A stretch of 62,649 bases of DNA, filler included, from Sphacelaria rigidula (Eukaryota), in the NCBI GenBank assembly GCA_964200075.2. It is 9 parts of 9 records of this genome, joined end to end, with 100 filler letters (N's around TTAATTAATTAA, not from the genome) between each part and the next. Parts side by side here need not be neighbours in the genome. Positions count along the whole stretch, not along the records: positions 48,808 to 55,678 come from CAXNAA020017650.1; positions 55,779 to 62,649 come from CAXNAA020017651.1; 7 more parts are not named here. The stretch is one strand, 5' to 3'. The notes under the pieces are model-generated. The model was not told the DNA's origin. It made no database searches and saw nothing but the letters and a program-made list of their open reading frames with translations. Shown here piece after piece: positions 52,317 to 62,649 of the stretch (position 1 is the stretch's first letter; every line of letters begins with the position of its first letter). A program made the position numbers and the translations under genes.

Positions 52317-54759
52317 ACTTAGTCAGTTGCTGTCCAGAGCAATGCTACCGTAGGTACACTTTTTGCGAGAAATTTTGTCTATTTCAGGGGCTCCTGACGA
52401 TTTTAGGTGCACAAGAATATGGGTCAGGGCATTCCCGCTTGCAAATTCGTTCGGGATATTCCCAACACGTTGGAGTAGTAATCCTGGCGTATTCTCACAT
52501 ATTTTTATAAGTCGTGTTTTGCATAAAAAAAGGGCTCCTAACAATTCTAACCCCAGAAAATATTTGTGTACCCCTGCCGTGACATCATCCTTCATTAGGA
52601 TTCTCAGCCGTGAGCTTTATTCTACTGTGCGTCGCGCGGGCCGAGAGTCCGGTTCGTTGCGAAAAACCTGCGCCCTACTGGCCCGGAAGAACGGATGAGA
52701 GCCGGTAAATTGCAAGCGGGATGTACGTCAGACCTGATGATCCGCACGAGAAGAACCACAGCGGTGACTGTAGACGGAAGTACCCTGGGTTGCCTCAATG
52801 CCTCGAAATTAGCGGCGTAGATCTTAACTTCCACGAGCAACACGATTCCCTCCTGATTTTGCACGTGCGTACGCTATCCATCATGACGCTAGAGGTCTTG
52901 ACTTACTTTCTACGAGTAATTCACGAGATGCGCAACGAGACCATCAACAGGAAAACCCCTATGAGGATCGTACGAAATAGTATGCACCACAGAAAGGGAG
53001 GGGCTGTTACGGTCTACGCATTTGACATCTGGATCCGTGGGCGCTGCTTTTGTCAATCTCTCTTGGTGCGAGTGTTCGAGCGCTTTGGGAGGGTTGATGA
53101 TGTAGTCTCCTTGCGTGCGGTAACTGAGCAGGAGAAGGCTTCAAAAGACGCGTTGCACGGGCGAGGGGGGATCGTCGCCGGGAGGAAGTGCTCTCATTTG
53201 CTGTCGGTGTGTTTTTCGAGCAGGGGCGGTAATGCCCTTGAGTGCACTTAACAGTGGATCCAGGAAAATGGGGGTCCATCTCAAAAATGAGGTTCAAGTG
53301 GTATTTTGTTTTTGCAGAGATGACGCGAAACATTTACGACCGAGCGAAGCCATCTTCCCCCCCAAATGTCCGCAGCATTTAAGCAACTTGGCTAGGTGCA
53401 CCGAACGAATGTGGTGTACACGCGTGTCGATGACGATATCACCAGAGAGAGAAGCAAGGACAAGTGGGTGGTTACGTCGTGCCTGTGATTTGATGGACGT
53501 AGTGGTTGTCGTTCTCGGTTTGTTATACTCTTTTTGGAGGTATTTTCGGATTTGTCGTGACACAACAGCACGTCTATGAATATGCCCATCTCCCTGCGTT
53601 TTACAGATTTCGATCTTGACAACCCATCAGTCTTATTCCAGTATAACAGCCGTATTCAGTGAGCACCTGGCAGGTGAAATAGACGTGACCCCTAGTATTT
53701 TACCCAGTCATCACAAAATAATCGTCGTGAACCACTGGCTGCCCTTCGGGAACACCGTGTATCATGTTCCTTTTCTTCTTTTTTCTTTTGTTAATATGTT
53801 CCTTTTTTGCTGCTCCTGAACACGGGCTGGATTGTTGCAATCAGCTCATGTGAGATAATCATCAGCAGCATCATATATGGCTATCGTGGCTTGTGTTATA
53901 TGGAGTGAATGGATAATGCACTGGCTGGGGTCTCCCAGTATGAGTGCCAGGAGATACCATGGTGCCAACCCACCAAGCTCCCACGTGGGCAACTTCACAC
54001 AGACCTAGCTATCCATCCTTGACTATCACAGAGTAGGTTCATCAATGTTCAGACTCTTGATAAGGAACTCACGCGTTTGCTTAGCATCATGTTTTATCTA
54101 CAAGCCTCTCTTACTCAGCATAGCCGGGGCGCAGCCATAGGAGCAGAGCGTAGGGATGACACAGGGTAGAGACCAAGGCAAGCCGGTAACTGATGAGATA
54201 GGGCGACGCGGTCTGCCGCCGCGACTGAACAACCCTAACTAATGACAGTAGCAGACGCGATAACAATGCGTCACGGAATCCAGGGCCTACGAGCAGACCC
54301 GCACAGCGTATATCTTGCAATGCCTCTGAACTTTATCACAGCTTGTGTGCAAAATATACAGTGTTCAACTGTCAAAGTGACAGAAGCAATTGGTTCAACC
54401 GGCGAACCCTGCTCTGACAAGACAGCTCGCAGAGGCTGCACAGTGTTGATTAAACATTTGCTTGTGCAATGAGAAAAATATGGTTTCAAGTTGGCTCTTC
54501 ATCCGGCCGTTACTCAAATCAAACACAATCAGCCTCTACTCTATAGAATACTGATGCCAAGCTGGTAGGCTTACGTGAGGTGGGTCGCTTTGGAGAGTAC
54601 TGGCGTGGGGCTGTCACTCTCTCGATAAAGCTCTTCTTGGACACTATACAACTGTTTATCCAAACTGTTGATACCTTAGACCCTTCGTACTCAACTCTTC
54701 AATATTCTGACAGTATGCTGACTTTCTGTATACGAGTTATACAGTACATGAGTTATTCA

Positions 54760-54950
54760 TTTGATTGATTGATTGATTGATTGATTATCTCACATCAGCT
54801 GATTGCAATAATCTAGCCCGTGGTGAGGAGCAGTAAAAAATAGAACAGAGTAATAAAAAATACAATACAGAAAGGAACAGAAAAACGACAAAAGCAACGG
54901 CCTCAGAAAGGAAAGAAAGGGGGCAGCGATAAGAACAAAAACAAAACACC

Positions 54951-54982
<32 letters not shown>

Positions 54983-55260
54983 CAACAACAACAAGCAACA
55001 TGATCAAACAATAGATAGCAGCAGTAACAACAAAAATAACGATAAACACAAACACAAGCACGAACAAAGACAAAAAAGATGATGATCGCGCATTACGTAG
55101 CTGATTGCAACACTCCAGCTCGCAATCAGAAACAAAACGGAGAAACATGAAGAAAAATGAAAGAAGAATGAGAGAAGAATGAGAGAAAGGAAAATAAAAA
55201 TAAAAATAAAAATAGTAAAACGTAAAAAAAGGGAATACGATAGCCAAGAAGACAGAGCCA
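54760..55260 (-). mobile_element. LINE 3' end with a (CAAT)n tail and a simple-repeat-rich 3' region; another tail at 53790-53863 (+)
   Basis: (attg)n-attatctcacatcagctgattgcaat is the reverse complement of ...gctgatgtgagataatcaatcaat, matching the tail after the RT at ~39935 and at ~33790. Confidence 0.75.
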
Positions 55261-57340
55261 TTATTCTACGACGAGTATTTCACTCCTTCGGTTGTTACTA
55301 CGATCTTCACACGTGAACAGATAGCACCCTGTGGGGCACGTCTATAGGGTTGAGGGAAACTGTGCAGTGTTTCTCGCGGGGATTTGGCTGTACGGTATTT
55401 TTTTGCGCCGCATAGTATGCTTCACAGGATTTCGTCACCCTGTGTACTGTTCATCGTTTTTAATATGCTGTACAGTGTTTATAGCACACATAAGATATAC
55501 TCCACCTTGCAGTATAGGCATGGTACTGGCAGAAAAAAATGGTCGGATATGGCAGTGGTAGGTATATTATCCTCACGAATTTGTACTCGGGAATGAGACG
55601 AGATATGCATTGAGTCATCCTACGATAGGGGGGGGGTATTTGGTTGCACGAAAAAAGACGCTCATAAGTGTGTCAGACNNNNNNNNNNNNNNNNNNNNNN
55701 NNNNNNNNNNNNNNNNNNNNNNTTAATTAATTAANNNNNNNNNNNNNNNNNNNNNNNNNNNNNNNNNNNNNNNNNNNNCCCCCCCCCCACGCAGCCACCG
55801 AGACGTCAGCCCCCCCCCCCCCCCCCCCGGTCTCATTTTGATTGAAGCATGGGCACTTATTTCATGGGATTTCAGGGACTATGCGGAGGTCGCAAGCCCC
55901 TGCTTTCTACTCATGGTGCTCAAACAAAATAGCTGCTTCTGGTATTTTCTCCATTAGACCCCACCTGCAGCCTTGGGGCTGACGGGGGGAAAGAAGCGGC
56001 GGCAGCATCATTTGCGTGATTGCCAGCGATCGACAACAACAACATTCGACAAACGGCAAGCGGAATAAAGAGAGTTCGTGGATAACTCACCGACTTGCCC
56101 CTTGAGTGACACGGCAAGGTTATTAAGGGTCGCTGCAACATCCATATGCTTCGGGCCCAAGGCCTGCACACGCATTTCCAAGGCGCGTCGATGTAATCCT
56201 TCGGCCTCGACGTGATTCCCCTGGTCATGTAATGACAGAAAAAAAAGGGAATATTACAGCGTGTTGATATTAAATATAAATGCATCATACATCCGTACAA
56301 ACATGCACAACATACACGACGCGATAAGGCTAGAGCATCGACCCTCTTCGTGGAGCGAGTCAAAATGTCCAAGACATGTGATGCAATTCCCTGTTTGAGG
56401 GCGGAAAACCGTGCTAAATGTATCAAAATTGAAACATACCACGGCTCTTCACGTCACACGTCACAATGTTCTCTAGACGTCACAACTTAACGTTACACAT
56501 CACAGAACCCGTTACACGCAAAGCCCTGTGTAAGGTCAAGTCAAATCAAGTCAAGCCTCAGGCCTGACTAGTACTCGTGGTCCCCCACCGTAGTACTAGC
56601 CAGTCTTGACTTGTGAAGTGTAACGTAAAGGACCCCGAAAATACGACCCTTCCGAAAACGAATCATGAAAAATGGTCAACAGGGTCCCATTCACGGGGCA
56701 GTTCTTTTCATTTATTTCGCTTTTTTTTTTTTCTTAATTTTTTCATTTTTTTCAGACTTTCCCCGGGTCCCCTAGCAAAACTTCTGGAAAAAAACATATA
56801 TTACGAGCAGAGGCACTAGATGAACTAAACCTGGATATCGCGTCTCAGTTTTCGAGAGTTATGTTCTGAAATTTCGTATGGAGAACCCCGAGTGCATGAA
56901 AGAGCTAAAAAAACAGCTTTCTCATTTTTTCGTTTTTTTCCTTCATTTTTCTTCGTTTGTTTGGGGCAGTTTCGAGGAGAAATGAACACTCCTCTTCGGC
57001 CTTATCTCAAATGTTTAGCTCAATTTTTCGAATAGTGATTCGAAACTCAGGAGAGCGAACCACAGAGGTATGCTGAATGAAAAAAAAGGGCCTTCAATTT
57101 TTATTTCTTTATTTTATTTTTGGGGGGGGGGGAGATTCGGGCGTTTCGTAGAAAAATGGTCGTTTTCATACTGTAACGCCCTAAACCAGTGAAAAAAAAT
57201 CAACCTGACACATTTTCTTTCGTCAAATATGCCCTAGCCACGGCCCACACAAATTTTCAATACACAAACAATAAACGTGGGCCAGTAAGTGGCCTGCAAA
57301 ATGCTGTTCCGAATTTCTTCTGACCCCGTCACCAAACGTC

Positions 57341-57595
57341 CCATTCACTGGCCAATATTTAGAGTTGGACCATGAAATGTGGTATGGACAATGAAGAGGG
57401 CATGATAAAAAAACAGCCGTGCACACAAGGTTTTTCTCATGAGTTGAGGGCAATAACCAGTTTTTTAGGTATCAGTAAAACGCCCCCAACTCATGAAAAA
57501 ACAGACTTTAGTGCGCACTAGTTTTTTTTTTTTTGTCCTATTTATTGTCCATACTAAATTTCAGGGTCCAACTCTAAATATTGGCCGGTGAATGG
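57341..57595. mobile_element. Foldback MITE with ~110-bp inverted arms
   Basis: ccattcactggccaatatttagagttggacc.tgaaat.t.gtatggacaat... versus ...attgtccatactaaatttcagggtccaactctaaatattggccggtgaatgg. Confidence 0.88.
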
Positions 57596-57675
57596 ACCTG
57601 CAAACTATGAATTCGCTTCTCGGCTGGCCCAGCTCGTAGCATCGTTGGATACCTGGCAACCTGTCCCTTCCTTAC

Positions 57676-60657
57676 CTCACGAATGGCGACATTGCCCAAG
57701 CTCTCCAGACTCTCCGCTACATCTGGGTGCCCCGGGGGCAGCCGCGCCGAGCGTATCGTCAACGCCCGAAGGTGCTCGTGTCGGGCTTCCCTGAGCTCGC
57801 CCCTCTCAAACCACAGGTCGCCCAGCACGGTGCTATCCAGGGCGTCTTCCAGCGCAGCCTGTTTCCAATGTTCGGTTCACTGGTTAGTGCTGGTGGTGCC
57901 TCATTCCTTCGTGATCATGTACTGTGGTGTAATCCTCCTCACTGACGACAATATTAGCTCGTCCCCCTAATGTATCAATCTTGTAAGTGTTTGCATGTGT
58001 GTGGGTTGTCATCTCATCTATTTCAGACACCAACCGGTCACCCAGGTGGCTGCTCAGTTGGTAGCCTCGAATCCTTATGCCGGTTGGGTTGTGGGTTCGA
58101 ATCTCGGTGCAGTCACACGATCTTAGACTTCTTCACACCATGCTCAACGCGCAACGGCGGAGAGCGACTGTCGTGGGTGTCGTGGGTACACAAAATTCAA
58201 CTCCCCGGTCGCCAATGGAAGGGGGCTGCTGAAACCCTTCCGCGATAAAAAAAAAAGAGGCAAGCACCACAGGAAGTTGGTGGAATACTGAAACAAAATA
58301 GGAAGAAAAACTCCCGTGTTGACCATCCTCCTGTGTGATCCCGGCTGGTGCGTCCACACAAACCAAAAGGTGTAGAATAGCGTCCAAAATAGATGAGATA
58401 ACAGCACAACACAGTCTAAACCTTTCGGGATATACTTTCCTTGTCCCGTAAGTCTGGTCAGTTATGGGCGTATTTTTTGTTTGAGGGTAACGGTGTTGAC
58501 GATGACCTTATAGTTGGGTTATATAGAAAAAAAAGCGCACACGAAGCTGATGAAGAAAAAAAAAAAGTCGCTTTCTATATGAAAGATTTTTGTTGCGGTC
58601 GTTCGGTCGCATTGTTCACCAGGGAGCTGCAAAAAAAAGGGATATGCTTCCAAGTAAAAAAAAGCCGGGAAGAGGCAGTCAGATCGGACACGAATATGGA
58701 CTCGAACAAACATAACCGACCACACTCTTAGGACAGGGAAAGTATATACGAATATAAAATATGTGGACGGATCAGACAAGGCCACACAAGAGAGAGGTCA
58801 ACACATGAGTTTTTAATTTTCAAGGATAGGCTTGGGGTTTTTTGAGCACTCCACCTTTCTTATGCTGTGGTTGCCTCATTCTTGAGCGCGAGAAGGGTTT
58901 AGCGTGGGGGAGAAAGTCGCAATTTTGGTATTTGGTGTCGAGCAGCAAAAAGTTGCGAGGGACGAACGAATTATGATCCGTCTGAAAATGTGGGAGGTTT
59001 GCGCTGTTAAAACCAATCCTTAGGCTTCATTTTCCGCGTGGCACCTCGGGGAACGGGCACTTCGAGAGTTGAAGGGAGTAAGATTTTGGGAGAGACGATT
59101 TCAGAACCGCGGTCAACTTTTTCTTTCTTTTTTTCTTCATCTCATCTCTTTCAATCCATGAGGCCTGAGAAATCGTATGTTTGGTGATGGAAACAAGCGA
59201 TCGTCGAAACGTTGCTGGTTATCCCACACAAACATATACTCGTAGTGCGTAGGGGGAGGGAGAGGGGAACCTTGCCTCCCATAGACACCCATGTTCTTCA
59301 ACCGGAGGATCGGGGGGGGGCAGAGTTAACGTAGTCGCAATATTCAATTACAAACAGAAAAACGAAAAAATGTGCAGTATTATTTACTTCGGGTCCACGT
59401 GCATCTGACTTGCGACCACACAACTTGCTGCCTGAACTCCCAACGGGATTACCCCCATCCATGCGCAACGATCAAAGGAGCCATCAACTGATGGAAAATA
59501 CTGAATGCCCTCACATGGGGGGGGGACATAAGGATCCACCCACATCTTCATTCATGACCAATCCTTCGCCAGACATTTTATTTCGAGAACCCACTTCTTC
59601 GTTTTATATAGCATTACGGGTGTCAGGTGAGTCCGGTAATCCGGCCGCAAAGAAATTTTTTTTTCTTCTCCTTGAGGGACTGAGTAAATCTCATCTAATA
59701 CTTACACCGCAAGCGGGTTCTTGTGCCGCTTACCTCAAGGCTCGGCTAGACCTGCTCGCGGCAGTCATGTGGGGTAGGTGCCCCGGGCGTTTCAAAGTTT
59801 CGCGTAAGGTAAGTGGCGATCAAACCACCCAATCCCCGTGTCAACTTGGGCACAGTGCACGCACCGCCATTCTCTTACGAGCTTCTGCCCCAGGCATAGA
59901 TGAACATGTAAACCCTGCAGTCGGGATCAAGCAGAACTACAGACAGTGCTGACAGCACCACCTTCTGAAACAAACTTTGCGTTATTCCACTCGTCTGGGG
60001 TGCGGAAAACCTGGGGTGCAACACTGAAAAACAGGATGGATTCTTACGGTACGAATCAATTACACTCCAAGCAAGTATTTTTCAGATGCATCATTACTCG
60101 TCCGACCCCAGACAGACACACAGTACGAAAACACAGCTCCTCTGTAGGCGGGCCGGGAGGCAGGCTCATATTTTACGGCGGTTTAGACGGCACTGTCTGT
60201 CCGTAGTTCTACACCGTCCTGACTGTAATCCCCAAGGACAGGTACATGCAGACCCATAGGATATCACACACAGACTGAAGGGACAAGCCCCAGAATGAAT
60301 TGACTGAAGAACGGGAAGAATCTGAGGAAAGATCCCAAAACAGGTCTGGGTGCATTCTCGTTTCCCCCCCGTATTCGGGAGAGAGACGAATTTTTATATA
60401 TTCTGCGATTGATAAGTGCTGCTGATTCCTGGTACAGTACGGTGAAATACGGCACCTTGTGTTTTCGTTTTTCGTCGTTCTTTCCCCGCCTCGCCGGGTC
60501 CGATTTAGAGGACTCCCTGCCGGGGGTACCACCCGTCGAGTCATCGCCACCTGGGCCTATGCCCAGCCCACCGGCCGCGGCCGCCTTCTTGTCGAACTCC
60601 TTCCGTGCTCTGCGGCGCCTTCTACGTCTCTTCCGTTCCTCGCCGTCGTCGTCGCTC
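57676..60657 (-). CDS. Two internal exons (60456-60657 and 57676-57858) of a TPR-repeat protein (kinesin-light-chain / TPR_12-type repeat)
   Basis: Exon 57676-57858 (AG...GTAAG, phase 0/0) encodes LGDLWFERGELREARHEHLRALTIRSARLPPGHPDVAESLESLGNV, a classic 42-aa TPR. The upstream basic, low-complexity exon ends in phase 0 and joins in frame. Confidence 0.78.
58036..58256 (+). mobile_element. tRNA-derived SINE
   Basis: A-box-like gctcagttgg, B box ggttcgaatc (58094-58103) and a poly(A) tail. No complete cloverleaf. Confidence 0.7.
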
Positions 60658-62649
60658 CTGACCAGTGTTCCAGTAGTCGTTGATGAATGCCGATACATGA
60701 TGGGTGAGGAGTGGGTGGGTAGGTGGGTAGGTGGGTAGTGGGGGAAGATACAAGGACCAAGACGAGTGGAGAGTAACGAAAAACAGATATATTTATGGAG
60801 ATAATGAAAAAAATAAAATAAGGGCAAGTCGAGAACGTTTTTCTCGACCCTCGGACAGTGAGAGTACGAGTACGTCATCTCTTCAATTGGCATCAATTTC
60901 ACTCTAAAAAAGTATTCCTGATCCAGATGGGAATACCTTCGCGGTCTAAGGGTTACCGGATCAGTAAAATTAAAGTTTAGGGCGTATATCTGTGGTTGGC
61001 AGCATGACGACTTGATTTTAGATTTTAAAAGTTACGGGAAAACTCATGGTGTGGGGCAGGTCACCAGCGGGCCCGGCTAGTCTACAACATGTTCTTATCG
61101 ACATCGGCGCCCGCGGCGTAGATTCGAGGTCTGCCAACGCAACCAACTCCCACTTAGCCTGGGGGAACCTGTGCACCCCGCTTACCCGAGGGTTTCGTAC
61201 ACATTCGGGTCGGGGTTAGGGTTAGGGATAGAGCCCTTCTTATCGGAGGAGATTTTCCTCTTTTTCATAATCCCCTCTTCACACGGAATTGGCCCCATAA
61301 CGAACAGTCCTGAGTCCAACCGAGAAGCACTCTTGTACAAATTGGACCTCAGGTCTGCACGCAGGTTCAGAAATGCGGCGGGTCTGGATGTGGTCGTTGG
61401 TCAACTATTATTATTTTTATAATTATATGTCACATTACCTCGATATCTCAAACCCGTGGTCACAGAGTGCAACGAGCATATCACCTATAACCATAACCCG
61501 AACAGCCCGCAGAAGGCGAGAAACAAAACATCTACACGGAAAAAAAGGAACCTACATTACGAAAGATCTGTATGAGACCGATTGAACTACAGGAGATCTA
61601 CTTGTACGGGAATCTAAGAAGTCCCCACGTGTGACCTCTACCACTACTTTGCCACGTACTGGTGTATACACAGAGTACTAACAGAGAGTGAGCCGATTAT
61701 CGAAACTGTCGCATAGTACAGAGACCAATCCCAGAATATATCTACTGTCTGGAGTGCTGTTCAAAAAGATACTCTACAGAGCCTGCGCACCGGACACTGA
61801 ACAACGCTAGATAGGAAAATCCAAAAAGACCAAAGGAACAAAAGACGACAACCTGACGGTAACGAGGAGGGAAAGCGAGGCACTCCGACCTCCCTCGGGT
61901 TCTGGTCAACTAGCATCGTCATGGAAACACAACAGGCAGGGCTTGTCTAGCCTACACACGGCATAGCGCTGTCAGCTAAAAACGTAATCAAGGTCAGTCT
62001 AATGCTGCAGAGAAGACGCAACAAGGCAACACAAAACCTACACATCCAGTCCCGAAAATACACGCACAGACACCGACCACTCACGCGCAAAAGGTTCACC
62101 GCTAGCCCCTGCTAATCTACACACGACAGTCTTTGACGGAAATACATTTTGTATTAGACGAATGGCGGCCGCGTACGTGTCAAAAATAGTCGAAAACGCC
62201 TCGTTTATGAACGTTTTGTAAGCGTGTGCTGTGCGCGCGTCTCACACGAATCACCATTTCTCAATGAATTCTGAACAAATTTTGAGCAAGGTGACGCACA
62301 ACGTTCACAGCTGATGAGCAGCCACGGCTCGAGCTGTGTGTTTTTCGTTTGCGGGGCCACCAAGTTCCACAGGTTCAGCCCTGCTTGTGTGGGGCTGTGT
62401 GGTGAACCTTTGCATGTGCCCCTGTCAACTGGATACGTATGTTCATGTTCCCCTTCGAGGTGTCCGGAAATCCCGGAAACCTCCTTTTCAAAAGAGGATT
62501 TCTGTGCACGTTGAGGAGATTTCTTCAGTTTTGTGTGTGTGCGTGTGTGTGGAGGACGGGGGGGGGGGGGGGTATCGCGGCGACCAGTCAGCGGGCGTTT
62601 AAAAAAAATGAGATTTTGAAAAAGGGGAAAATCTCAAATTTCCTTCGTC

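Noticed and set aside
54785..55261. Hydrophobic or poly-C/W/V ORFs; likewise ORFs at 5954-6504 and 30384..31034
   Set aside because: Translations of microsatellites or antisense shadows of TE sequence.
58036..58110. Functional tRNA gene
   Set aside because: A and B boxes are present, but there is no proper acceptor or anticodon stem, and the sequence continues into a body and poly(A) tail, so it is a SINE.

Overview
This is not one locus. It is nine separate eukaryotic contigs of near-identical, descending length (6874, 6873, 6873, 6872, 6872, 6872, 6871, 6871, 6871 bp), joined by artificial 100-bp spacers (N44-TTAATTAATTAA-N44), so no synteny can be read across the gaps. The DNA is repeat-rich nuclear sequence with GT-AG introns, TTAGGG repeats and a signal peptide followed by an ASAFAP-like motif. 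That points to a photosynthetic stramenopile, most likely a brown alga (inference). Most ORFs in the supplied track are spurious or antisense shadows. Retroelements: a nearly complete but decayed chromodomain-type Ty3/Gypsy element (contig 7), two further Gypsy gag-protease fragments (contig 5), a Ty1/Copia 5' half with LTR and PBS (contig 8), a non-LTR (LINE) RT fragment plus several LINE 3' tails, two tRNA-derived SINEs, and a decayed DIRS-like tyrosine-recombinase element running into a ~420-bp tandem array. DNA transposons and repeats: many non-autonomous elements (hAT, piggyBac-like, CAC-ended foldback, TGT..ACA MITEs) and minisatellites. Host genes: spliced fragments of about five genes. 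I see no CRISPR array, rRNA, prokaryotic operon or clearly novel enzyme system. The best candidates for something undescribed are a MITE family carrying telomeric repeats with 5-bp TSDs, a three-exon gene end encoding tandem (E)LDLTSYSF peptides, and the recombinase-linked tandem array.
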